Below are positions 1 through 12,521 of a stretch of 64,000 bases of DNA, piece by piece (within the stretch, counting starts at the first letter, position 1; each line of letters begins with the position of its first letter). The notes beneath the pieces are model-generated. The model searched no databases and was not told the DNA's origin. It saw only the letters and a program-made list of their open reading frames with translations. The DNA is taken from NCBI GenBank assembly GCA_016748015.1, contig JAAOMT010000470.1, forward strand, positions 87,655 through 151,654, written 5' to 3'. The translations under genes and the position numbers were made by a program. This stretch comes from Geosiphon pyriformis uo1 (lineage: Eukaryota; Fungi; Glomeromycota).

Positions 1-1019
1 ATCAAAAATTACCACAAACTTGGGAATAGAAAAAGAACAACAAAGAAAAAGGAAAGGCAAAAGAAGAAAAAACGGTTCTAACTAACACCACTAATAGACC
101 ATACACCTATACCACATCATCACAGTCTTACTATTGTCAACCAAAGCTAATATGCATTGATTGTGGCAAGAAATTGTTGTCAATAGGTGTGTGCTGTGGC
201 GACAATAAGGAATACTCAACAGTGACCAAATTCTACTGCTGCATGTGCATTATAGAACACTTTGGATGACCAAAACAGTAAGAAAAATAGAACAACAAAT
301 CTTGTCTAGTGTGTGGAAAAACATTACTCAATGAAAGAATGTGAAATGACATTCCTGGTTAAGGAGAAATATGTGACACTTTGTGCCAGTACATAATCTT
401 CATCAGCAACTGGGTTAGAAAAGAGACACCAATAGAAGCTGTCTGGAGAAGGGCTGTACAGCGATTGGACAGTTGTTCACATAATAATGATGAGATATAA
501 AGAATGACAATTACCAAAATAGAAGGAGTGTCACTTGAAAAAATCAAAGAAATCAAAAACAACCCACCAGAGCCTGTAAAACTTGTCTGGGATCCAGAAC
601 CAGTCATAAATCTCTTGAATCCAGAACAATTCTATGAATATTATCAAGAACTAGCACCTACAAGAGAAGAACAGGAGCAATACTTGGAAAAAATCAACAC
701 TTAATTATGTGACCACTGTTTAATTCCATGTGACTTCTAATACTGTAATGAGTATGACCTTATTTACAATCTACTATTATGCATGATTTACATGATCCCA
801 GAAAAGAAAGAACCAATCAGCAGCTGTGCATTAGAATTGGAATTAATTTTCAATCCTGATTTAAACTCTAACAACAATGATGACGAAAACAATGGTTGCA
901 ACTTCACTCAAAATAGCAACAATTTTAACTCAGATTCAAACTTAGATTCAAACTCTGAACAATATATTATGCTCCATAACCTTACCAAGGAGCAAGAACT
1001 AAAATAGTTTAGTAACAAT

Positions 1020-1450
1020 AACAAAGGTATTATACTAGAACACGCACATGATACTAATGCAAAATTTAATCTGAGATATCCAGAAAAAAATGCCATTAAA
1101 TTGGAACCATATTTGCACACATGCATCAATCTCAAAGTAGTATTAGAAATCTCAGCAACAACAATAATACAACTAGCATCGAGGAATAGCTTAAAGAAAA
1201 AAGAAATCAACATCAGAGGAAGAATAATTGACACAGGATATGTAGGAAATATTATTGCAATGCTACAAAATGATTCAAAAAAGGCCTATATTATAGAGCC
1301 AAATAAAAAAATAGCACAGGCAATATTCCTGTCTCTGGTGAAAGTAATTCAATTAGTATTAGTAAAAAACAGAGAAGAATTAGAAATTACAGCTAGAGAG
1401 ATACAGGGTTTCAGATCAATGGGTAGAATAGACATACCAGTTAATATGGC
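1020..1450 (+). pseudogene. Retroelement-encoded dUTPase domain (degenerate)
   Basis: Degenerate dUTPase motifs in order: AKFNLRYP, QLASRNSL, GRIIDTGYVGNI, KKIAQAIF, AREIQGFRS. Confidence 0.88.
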
Positions 1451-2878
1451 AGAGGAAAAAATTGTTAACAAAAGAGAAATTATCTCAATTCATCAATCAA
1501 TTTCCATTCCACCATATAACCAGTACATGTTAGCTATAAAGAGAGAAGTAAAAAATCAAGTTTAGTTGTTTAAAACAGAAACCACCATTTGTAAATTAGG
1601 AGAGAATGGACTCATTAATCTTTACATATCAGCCAAAAGCCCCAAAAACATTAAAATTTCCATCTATAACACAACAGAAAATGTCATTGAGATACCAAAA
1701 AAAACTATCATTAGATACTTAACCACTAAAGTTGAGGATCAACCACCAAATTACATTCCAAATTTTTTACAGCTTTGTGGATATGTGGATATCACATCAC
1801 AAATCATTTATAGACAAAGCAAATGTTATCTGTTTTAACCGGAACAATTAGAACAGATGAATTTGGGAAACTTAGACCCATTTTAATGGATGCAACTCAA
1901 AACATTACTCAACAATTTCAATGACATTTTTGTCAGTGAAGATAAATTTGACAGAACTAACATAATCTAGCACCAGATCAAGACTGAAGATGCAATGCCA
2001 ATAAAACAAAGAGCATATAGAGTACCACCAGCCAGCCATGAGATTATTCATCAAGAAATTAACCAAATGCTTGACAATAAGCTAATTCAGTCATCAATAA
2101 GCTCATGGTCATCACCAGTGATAGTAGTCTGGAAGAAGAATGAAAAGATCTATTTTTGTGTGAATTATCAAAAACTGAATGGAGTAACTAAAGGTGATAG
2201 CTATCTAACTTTAAAAATCCAAGAACTATTTGATGCTTTTGGAGGAAATAAATGGTTCTCAATATTAGATTTAGATAGTGGTTACTGACAAGTAGTCATA
2301 AATCCAGCTAACAAAAAAAAACAGCATTTACCACAAGAAAAAAAAATTTTGAGTTTGAAGTCATGTCATTTGACTTGATGAATGCTCCAGCAACATTCCA
2401 ACAGCTCATAGAAATTGTCTATACTGGACTACTGTGGAAATTTGTAGTTGTTTACTTGGGATAACACTTGAATATTCAGAACTTATACACAAATAAAACA
2501 AAATGATTATTTAACACAACAATACTGCAACAACTAGAATAATTTGTGGGAAAAAACAATTTGACTACATAAGCAAGAGTCATCTATCAGCTATATATAA
2601 GATTCTAAGACAGACCAGAAATTTTACTTAATCCGGAAATGAACTCTATTACAGTTAACCAAATAAGAAAGATAATTAACACTCAATTTGAAGAATTACA
2701 AAACAAAATTACTTAAGTTATTCTCAAAAAAGAAGTTCAAGAAATACTTGAAGACAGAGAATTAGAGTTAGGAAATTTAGGAGATTTTGATGATGCTCAA
2801 TATTAAAAAGAAAGAAATAATGTTACTCATAAAATATAGGAAGTATATTAACATACAAATTAGCCAATCAGAGGTAGC

Positions 2879-3138
2879 TGTAGTAAATGTGGAATTCCAG
2901 GATTCCAAGAATTTCAGAATTCTTGTATAAGAAATTGCAGGATTCCAGAATTGCAGGATTTCTCTTAAAAAAAATTGCAGAATTCCAAGAATTTCAGGAT
3001 TTCTGGTGTGAAGAATTGAGAAATTGAGGAATCTTAATTATGTATATATAACAGTAGTATTAGAAAGAGAAAAAACAGAATTTTTTAGTTAAAAACCTCT
3101 CTATTTAGATGTAAATCTAAACAACCTTCCACATTACA
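2879..3138 (+). repeat. Candidate LTR (260 bp) with internal GAATT(C/G/T)CAG short repeats
   Basis: Starts TGTAGTAAATGTGGAA and ends TTCCACATTACA (TG..CA with imperfect terminal inverted repeat); TATA-like TGTATATATAA at about 3041; partner LTR not in window. Confidence 0.5.
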
Positions 3139-3649
3139 AATATTAAATAAATAATTATTTAATATCTCAAATTCACTTTCCACTATCAACATTTTATGTT
3201 GATAATAATTGATACTTAATTACACTAAAACAATAACTCTTGATCACGGCTATTGACAGAATACTAACTATTATTGCTTTGGCTTATTTTTTATTTTTTT
3301 TTCTTTCTTTATTTCTTTCTTTTGTTATTTCTTTTATTTATTAACTTGATTAAAGGATTCACATGCAGAGGTACTGATATCAGAATATAGTGACTGGTAA
3401 AAGACCCAGAAATAAAAATAGAACACTTAATTGAGGATAGTTTACCAGAAGGAATACTGGCCATGATTCTAAGAAAGAAATTGAAGAAACTGTGATTTTG
3501 GAAAGTGATGGATAACACAACTATTAAATCTCTGTCTATTATACAAAGAACTCTACACCAAAACCTTCAGATATCAACTCCAGAAATACTAATTAAGTAC
3601 CAAGTTATGGATTTGTTATTTGACTTAAGACCCCAAATAATTACTTGTA

Positions 3650-4560
3650 ATATTGTGTATGCTGGGAAGTTGGTTCTGGTTCCAAGTTTTTGGCAGACAA
3701 TTTGCTTTCTGAGGTTGATTGGTTCCATTCATCTTTGGTTTAGCACTCTAACTTGCATATAGCTGCCAGTTTTACCAGCAGACTTTCAGCTAATGCACAT
3801 ATTTATTTCATAAAAGCTTTGCACCACCAGCTATTAGTTGTCATTTAAAAGTGCCTTTATAATAGACTCTATCCAAGTGTGTTGTGCTTATATTGTAGTA
3901 ATATGGAGACATTAGATCATGTGTTCTCTTATAAGATTGATGATTCTGTTTAATGTCAGTTATTGGAATTCCATATGGATTTCTAAAAGGCGGTTTCTGG
4001 TTTTTCTCATTTTTTTTCAGGCATATTACAACTGTTGTCATCCTGTGTTTCTGACTTTTTTTTGTTCATGACTTTTTATAAGGGTTTTGTTTTTAATGAT
4101 TGGTTTTGTGAGGTGGTTGCCATCTTTTATAATTCCAAGATTGTTGGTTTGGAGATTGTTAAATTTGTGCACTTTCTTAGTCTTGCTTTTAGAAGTAATG
4201 TCTGATTGGTTTGTGCTAAACATTATGCTTATATGGAGAAGAATGAGTTGATTTCTCTTGATGGCTTGGTTTTTGTCTTGGTTTCTGATTTGGCCTTGGG
4301 GTTGTCAACTTGAGTGATCAAATTGCTTGGCATTGCTGATGCTTTTGGTGTTAATTTTGGCTTTTGCAAATCTTGTTTGTTTTTTTCAGGCATAGGTGAT
4401 TCAGTTTCAGTTCACATAGCTGCATAATGTTGTTTTGATCAGCCTAAGTGGCTGGTTACGTGTGGAAAATGCATGATTTATGCCTAGTTTAGATCATTTT
4501 TTTGATGTATAACACTAGGTAGTGTTTGAATCTTACTCGTAAAACAAATAAAAAAAAATA
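3650..4560 (+). mobile_element. 5'-truncated LINE, same family as 52.7-59.6 kb (ORF2 C-terminus, 3'UTR, A-rich tail)
   Basis: Colinear with 58670-59570: WEVGSG, SSLV*H, YFIKALHH, CLYC..DHVFS; 3'UTR GTGGCTGGTTAC; A-rich tail at about 4550. Confidence 0.88.
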
Positions 4561-4569
4561 AATATTGTG

Positions 4570-7140
4570 TTATTTATGTTTTTATTACTCTTTAATTTAT
4601 CTGAATTTACATAATAAATTTTTTTTATAATCAAATTATCTAAATAACCAATATTTAAAGTATTATTAATGCTGTTTATTTTGTTATTTACTTTATTTTT
4701 TTATAATTGTATAAATTTTAACTTATAATACTTAAAGTATTTATAACCAAAAAGCCAACAGATAAGTTAATCAGAATAATAAAAATATTGTTTGTACTTT
4801 TATAGATAAATATAAATAAAAATTGATTTTTCTTAATATTTAAATATATTTTTATATTAATTTTCTCTTTGTTTAAAATACCAATTAAAAAAACTATTAA
4901 TTTTATTATTTTAAAAAATTAATATTGGCAAAAATATATATGAAAAAAAAAAATACAAAAAAATTTTTTAATGTAATCTTTGGTTTTTATTATGGTTAAA
5001 GATTTATAAGAACAAAAAATATATTATAGTTTTTATATTATATTCAAATAAATTAAAACAAATATTTATTAGAAAAAATAATTTCTTAATATTTTATAAA
5101 ACAATTTATTAATTATATATTAATAATAAAAAAGTATTAATTAAATAATTAAAAAAATCAATTAATAATTAAATAAATTATAAATAAGCTAATTACAAAA
5201 ATTAATTTTATAATTACAATTAAAGCAAAGAGTAAAAAAATTTTAAATCTTACCTTTTTATAATAATTAAAAAGATTTCAACAAAAAAAACTTTTTTTTG
5301 TTATTAAAACAATTAAATAAAACATTTTTATAATATTTTTTTTAAATATTAATAATAAAAAGCTATTTTTAACAGCTTTTAAAGCATTTTTTTATTTATA
5401 ACTAAATTTTTTTTAATTAAAATTCTTTTTAAAAACACATTAAGATTAGTTTTAATATTGGTTTTATTTTTTTTAAAAGTTTAAAAATTTTTAATATAGA
5501 TTAATTAATAAGTTAATCTTTTTTGCTTTTATTATTATTATTTTTATTACTTTACAAATAGCAAAAAAAACCAAAAACTCTAAAAAACAGTAATAGTTAC
5601 TTGTATTTACTATTATAACACCAAATTTTTTTTATTATTTTACATTTAATTTAAGTTATTTATATTAAACTTTAATAAAAAATAATAATTGTTTTAATTA
5701 AACATAATAATAAACTTAAACTACTTTATATTAATAAAATTTTTAAATAAAAAACAATATTTACTAAATTATACTTGATAATAAAGAAAATATAGTCGAA
5801 TTTTTATTTAATTTATTAAAACTAACTTTATAAAAAACAAAAAAATTCTGATTGTTTTTATAAATATAAAATATAAAGAAAGAAATTATTAATTTATTAG
5901 TTAATTATTTTAAAAAAACAAAAACAATTTAAAAGACTTTAATTTATTATTATTAGTTTATTTTAAGAAAAAATATTATTAAATATATTAAAATTTATAA
6001 TATTTGTTAAAAAAAAAAACTTATAAAAAAAACATCTATTCTATTTTTATTGATTAATTATTTAATAAAATTAATATTTATATTTTTAAATCTTAAATAA
6101 TAAATTCTAATAATAATAAATATATTATAATAATTATTATCTATTTTATAAATTAAATAATAGTTTTTATTATTAATTTTATTTATAAATATATTTTATA
6201 TTATTATAATTGTTTTTAATAAAAAATATATTTTTTAATATATTAATTAAAAACTTTGTAAAGAATTAAAAAATTTTTTTATTACTTTTAAACAAATAAC
6301 TTAACAAAATATTTTAATAAAGCATTATATAAAATTTTACCCAAAACCAGATAAAAAAAAATTTATAAGACAAAATATTGTTTTTAATTTTGTTTGTTTA
6401 TAAAATTATAAATTATAATATTTGTTTTATAAAAAATAACAATTTTATTAATAAAAATAAATATTAAAACAGTATTTTTTAAAAAAAAATACAAAAATAC
6501 TTTGAAAAAAAAATTTATTATTATTTTTAACTTATTAATAAAAACATAAATAATTGCTTATAAAAAAATAAAAGTGTTTAAAATTTTTTTTTTAAGTATT
6601 GATAATTTAGTTTTAAAATACTATTTAAACAAAAATATTATTTATAATTAACAAAGTTTTGAATAATAATTTTATATCTTATAAAATTAATATAAAATAA
6701 TCTTTAATAATTAATTTTTTTATTATATATAACTTAAAAAATATTATAAATAATCTAATTAGTTATTTATTATAATAATATTAATTATAAATAATATAAT
6801 ATTTTTAAAAGAAAAATATTTTTATTTAATATAAATAATTATTTTTTATATTTTTTACAAGTATTAAACTAAAAATTATTTAAATACTATTTTGATTATT
6901 AAAAAACAAATTACTATAATTAAAAATAATAAAATATATACTATTATTAAACCAAAAAAACCATTATTAAAAAAAACTAATAATAAAATAGATAAATATA
7001 TATTTAAATACATAATAATAATAATTATATTATTGTTTTTCAATTAAATTAAAAAAATAATTAAAACTTATTATATAAAAAACAAATAAAGTTTTAAATT
7101 AACTTAATAAAATTATAAAAGACATAAAAAAACAACTATA
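4570..7140. other. Extremely AT-rich hypermutated block, probably eroded TE sequence
   Basis: Very few G/C, virtually no CpG, no ORF; grades into the eroded kelch copy. Confidence 0.6.
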
Positions 7141-7149
7141 AAGATACAA

Positions 7150-9960
7150 ATAATCTGATTTAATTATAATAAACTTTTAATATTAAAATATTAATATTTT
7201 TATTAGAATTAATTTATATTCAATATTATTATAATATTCTATAACATAATTTTTCTATCTTTTAATATAATTGCAAAATGTTTTACTCTTTTATAGAGTA
7301 TATTAAACAAATTAGAAATACAGTCAGACTTCTATAAAAGAACAAAAACATAATTTTATCAAACATTTATTCAAAATTTATCTTCATATAAGAATAAATA
7401 TTATGTGTTAAATATTAATTATTAATTGAAAAAAAAATTAAAATGTATTGAATTGATTTTATTTTAACTTTCTTTTAAATTAATTACATTAGATCTATTT
7501 TTTTTGATCTTGTTTGTTTTTATATACAACTACTTAACCATTATTGTATTCAAATTTAAGCTTACTAAAACCAAATCTAATATTATTATTATAGGCACAT
7601 TTTTTAACAGATTTGCTAAATTATTACAATATTAAAACTTTTATTCAAAAACAAAAATAAACAGCAGTTAATGATGCTCTTCATAAAAAAATTCATCAAT
7701 ATTTCAAAAATTACTATGGTATAAAACATAATAATATTATTGCTTACTTTATTTATAAATATTCAAAATTTTATATTTTTTGTTTAATTGTCTTTAAAAT
7801 AATTAAAAAATATACAAAGTAGTTGAATATTAAAATTAATAAAATTGATAAAAGATTTATTTGATACAAAAATATTAAATTTTATTATTAAACTAAGCTT
7901 TAAGTATTAGGTAGAACAAATAATTGCAGACACTATTGAATTCAATGATTAACTAATTAAAGAAAAAAGAAAAAAATTGTTAAACTTTTTAGTATACATG
8001 AAAATAAAATGTAATTCTTAAATAGATGGGTTTAAAAATTCAAAAAACAAAATCAATTACATGTTTACTAATTTTATGATAAAGCAGAAAGTGTATTAAC
8101 TGAAAATTTACCAAAAAAATAAAAAAAATTAAAAACCATTATATCCGAATTTAATCCTATTTACATATATAATACTGATAAAACAGAATTATTTTTTCAT
8201 ATGAAACAGAATCAAACACTTGCAAAATGTCGAAATACAGAAAAAAAATTAGTATATTATATTTACTAATTGTTATTGTTATATATTATTGTTATATTAA
8301 ATTAGCTGGGTTTTTTATAAAATAAATTTTAGATTACAATTTTTTTTGCTACAAATTCAACTGGATCTTACAAATTACAATCTTTAGTAATTTGACATGC
8401 AAAAAATTCAAGATGCTTTAAAGGAATTAATACTTTTAACTTACCTGTAATTTACATTCATTTTAATTAACCAATATTATTTTGCACTATTTTTTTCTAA
8501 ATACAGCATTATATCTTCAATTAATGGATGCTGGCATTATCAAATCTTTTAAACGAATATAAATATTTATATTGTCAATATATTTTACATCAATTTAAAC
8601 AAAAAATTAATATTAAACAGTTAAGTAATATAATATATAGTTTTATCTAATATTAATTTATTTCTAAAAAATAAATTAAACATAAAACAAGCAATTGATT
8701 ATGTTGTTCAATCATGATTTCAAGTAACACCTGTTACAATTCAAAACTGTTGGCAAAAAATGAATATTCTTTTCTATAAAATTAGAAATTCAAAAATACA
8801 AAACATCAATTGCTATGAATATATTCAACAATTTACCAACAAATACACAACAATTGGTCAAAAATCTCGAGGATTATACTGTAGCAGTTGATTGGCAACT
8901 GAAAATATTCTTAATGATAATAAAATTGTAAATATGGTTTTAGTCAAAGCTCAAATTGTAACCAATACAAATAATAACTCAGAAGAAGACTTAGAAGAAT
9001 CTCTATCTGCTATAATTATAATTACAAAAGCATATGAAGCATTAAAAAAGATAATTAGATTTAAAGAGAAATTAACAAAAGAAAATTTAGTATAAAAAAC
9101 TAACATTTACTTAGAAAAAAATTATATGAATACGAAAAAATGAAAGAAAATTCTAAAAAACAGAGTAACAATTAATCAATATTTTAATAATAATAATATA
9201 AATAATAATTGATTGATTTAATAAATAAATATAGTTTATTTAGTAATAATTATAAAACTTTATAATAAAACACCTCTATAATAGAACATAATTTGCATGT
9301 TCCAATTGTGTTCTTTTATAGAAGTCTGACTGTATAAGTAAAAGACCAAATATTTTTAATCATATTAAGTTGAGCAATTTCTTGATACAATAACTTATAT
9401 TGATAATTAATATAACTTTGACTATCAATAAAATAAAAAATTTTCAGACATTGGACTATTACTAAAATTTCATTATTTTTTTTACCATTTGTTGCTGAAT
9501 GTCAAGCTACTTTTGGTGCAAGATTTGAAGACATGATTTTTTTCCATAGTGGTGAGAAAACATCGAATAATTGGATTATATTAAAGGTCCAAAGGTCATT
9601 ATTATCTGTTGTATTGTTTATCAAAAAGTTTATCATCTTAGTTTTTCTATCATATAAATAAAAACTAAGAAGTGAAAGAGAAAAATAATTTAGAGAAAAG
9701 AATTGAATAAGAGTTCGACATTTTTGTGATTGAACTGAGTTAAACTTACGTTTTATTAATTAACGTAGCAAAATAGCAACTTTAGAAGTTTAAAATAAAG
9801 TTATGTTATATTAAAATGATTAATCTTGTGAAAATTGATTTTAAACAAAGAAGATGAGCCATCATTGATATGATACATCAACACTCTTGGCTGCCAAACT
9901 TATAATTAATAAAATCATCCATATCTTTACAAAAATTATGGAAAATTTTTTAAACATTAT
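7150..9960 (-). pseudogene. Third copy of the kelch membrane-protein gene, interrupted by pogo and hypermutated
   Basis: 9335-9960 and 7150-7320 align with the reverse complement of 21550-22500; the halves are contiguous across the TA target (ttagaaaTA[pogo]TAtaagta vs ttagaagTAtaagca). Confidence 0.9.
7321..9332 (+). mobile_element. pogo/CENP-B-like DNA transposon, degenerate transposase
   Basis: Perfect 24-bp TIRs CAGTCAGACTTCTATAAAAGAACA (7321-7344 / 9309-9332); TA duplication both sides; DDE_1-like remnants NTDKTELFF, NSTGSYKL, MDAGIIKSFKR, VTIQNCWQK. Confidence 0.93.
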
Positions 9961-10650
9961 GAAGAATTTTTTTAATTATTATATAAGCTAAATGTAAATG
10001 GAAATAGTTTCAAATTCAAGCTAAAAGTGTGAATTAAACCCTTTTATAAAAAAATTATAACTATGATTTAAATTTATATTAGTAATGATAATTAATATAG
10101 ACTTGAAAAAATCTGACATGTTCATCTAGATTGTTTAAATATGTAGAGATTATCTGGAATTAAAATGTCCATGTGTTTTTTTAATTTATTGAAAGTTCTG
10201 AAAATGCACAATCCTCAATTATATTATTTTAACAGGCAAAGATTGTCTAGAACTCAAACATGAGTCGCTGTAAAAATCTGAATGCATAATCCAGTTCTAA
10301 GGTTGCAGATGGTAATCATAACCCTCAGTTGCTTCCAAAAAATATTTTTTATGTCAAAACATGAAAGCTAAATATCTTTTATTAGTGATAATTTTAATAA
10401 TATGTTTAAGGTAAACCTTATCTTGAATTTCATGAGTTGATAATACTGATTTAATTAAACCATTATTTAGAAACTGTTTTATGAATTAATCTGCCAACTA
10501 ATTAATCTCAAGCAAAAAAATAAAAAGCTTTCCGGTATATATCACATTTTGGAAACCAGAAACAACTGATTTAGCCTTATTTTCTGCTCTATCAAAATGA
10601 CACAAATATGACCTCTTGGGAGCTTTTCTATTTGCTCCTCAAATGAATTG
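9960..10650. repeat. Direct-orientation duplicate of 41820-42500 (kelch upstream region plus membrane-gene relic)
   Basis: Colinear match to 41.8-42.5 kb; includes YITFWKPETT (about 10535, +), homologous to YVTFWKPEIT in the 31.7-35.0 kb gene. Confidence 0.85.
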
Positions 10651-11465
10651 TGTATTCCAATGGTTATCTAAGAGTGTTAAAAATAAAGAAAATCGAATTT
10701 TATTTATATATTTATTGTTTTGGGATATTTTTAATTTGTATTTTGCTTTTTAAGATTTTAAAAATTATTTGTATACGATAAATATGCTTATCGTTATCAT
10801 TGTTTAGAACTATTTTATAATAAAAAAATCTTATCATTATATAGATATTAATATTAATTCCAGAATAATTATAGATTATATGGAATTTTTGAAGATTTAA
10901 GGGTCTTTTGTTTCAATTCGTAAAATTGCAGTTAATTTTCACCAGTTCTAAAATCAAAACAAACCACATTTTTGCACTAAATAACAAAACTATGGAAAAC
11001 AAAAACCAAAATTCGAACTATTTGGCAATGTTCAGAACTACACTATTTAGGCCTGCGAACATGCAACTCGAAATATATGCTGAAAATCTATCCGTAATTT
11101 TTAATCCACTTGGTTCTAGCATGGTTAATATTATTCAAATTTTAATAGTTAATTTGATTTGAGGATTATGAGACTGGTAAAAAAGAATAAGCATCTTAAG
11201 TTTATTAAATTCATCAAAATATATTTTAAAATTTTAAATTAGATAAAATTTTTAAATTTATAAAAAAAAGCAAAGCTCTTTCGAATTTTCGAAACAATAT
11301 TTCAAAATTTACATTTAAATTTAAAAATTATGATAAAGTAAGTTTAATAAAATATTATTATAAAAATACTTGTAATTTATGTGATATTTTTAGTTAAAAA
11401 CATTTATGTAATTGTTAATATAGATAGTATAGATAGAAAAATAAATATGTAAAGTTGTTAAGCTC

Positions 11466-11484
11466 AGATGTGTATAAGAGACAG
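11466..11484 (+). other. Nextera/Tn5 mosaic end (library adapter artefact)
   Basis: Exact 19-mer AGATGTGTATAAGAGACAG. Confidence 0.95.
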
Positions 11485-11510
11485 ATATTAAGAGCTATAT
11501 TTTTATAGTA

Positions 11511-11825
11511 AAAAATCCAAGGTATTTATCTTTGCTGATAGTTGTTATTTATAGTTTTAAATAGATTGAATATTTAATAACTTTTTTTCATTAAGGTAAT
11601 AGTTTTACATTTGTTTTTTTTTACATTGGTTCTGAATTGATATCATAGTTAATATCACATTAACTACTTTTCATGAGTTAAATTTGAATCAAGAAATTTA
11701 TATTCTAAAATGCAAAAATGAGATTAAAGCAAAAAATATAATGCTACTAATAGTTTGAAAAGTATTTTTAATATAATTTCTTTTAAATAATCCGAATTCC
11801 AATTAGGGTCAATAAAAAAACAATT
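11511..11825. repeat. Apparently identical inverted copy of about 47535-47849 (BTB gene 3' flank)
   Basis: Reverse complement matches base for base as far as I can read; both copies abut gaps. Confidence 0.9.
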
Positions 11826-12521
11826 NNNNNNNNNNNNNNNNNNNNNNNNNNNNNNNNNNNNNNNNNNNNNNNNNNNNNNNNNNNNNNNNNNNNNNNNNNN
11901 NNNNNNNNNNNNNNNNNNNNNNNNNNNNNNNNNNNNNNNNNNNNNNNNNNNNNNNNNNNNNNNNNNNNNNNNNNNNNNNNNNNNNNNNNNNNNNNNNNNN
12001 NNNNNNNNNNNNNNNNNNNNNNNNNNNNNNNNNNNNNNNNNNNNNNNNNNNNNNNNNNNNNNNNNNNNNNNNNNNNNNNNNNNNNNNNNNNNNNNNNNNN
12101 NNNNNNNNNNNNNNNNNNNNNNNNNNNNNNNNNNNNNNNNNNNNNNNNNNNNNNNNNNNNNNNNNNNNNNNNNNNNNNNNNNNNNNNNNNNNNNNNNNNN
12201 NNNNNNNNNNNNNNNNNNNNNNNNNNNNNNNNNNNNNNNNNNNNNNNNNNNNNNNNNNNNNNNNNNNNNNNNNNNNNNNNNNNNNNNNNNNNNNNNNNNN
12301 NNNNNNNNNNNNNNNNNNNNNNNNNNNNNNNNNNNNNNNNNNNNNNNNNNNNNNNNNNNNNNNNNNNNNNNNNNNNNNNNNNNNNNNNNNNNNNNNNNNN
12401 NNNNNNNNNNNNNNNNNNNNNNNNNNNNNNNNNNNNNNNNNNNNNNNNNNNNNNNNNNNNNNNNNNNNNNNNNNNNNNNNNNNNNNNNNNNNNNNNNNNN
12501 NNNNNNNNNNNNNNNNNNNNN

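Larger units (their letters stand above)
1..3138 (+). mobile_element. Degenerate Ty3/gypsy-type LTR retrotransposon (Cys-rich region, dUTPase, N-terminal RT; RNase H/integrase not recognisable)
   Basis: RT motifs PIKQRAYRVP, WSSPVIVV.KK, FCVNYQKLN, FSILDLDSGY*QV, FEVMSFDLMNAPATFQ (about 1995-2460); dUTPase upstream; many in-frame stops. Confidence 0.9.

Noticed and set aside
1020-1450. Host housekeeping DUT1 or endogenous virus gene
   Set aside because: Embedded colinearly in a decayed gypsy pol region, without introns
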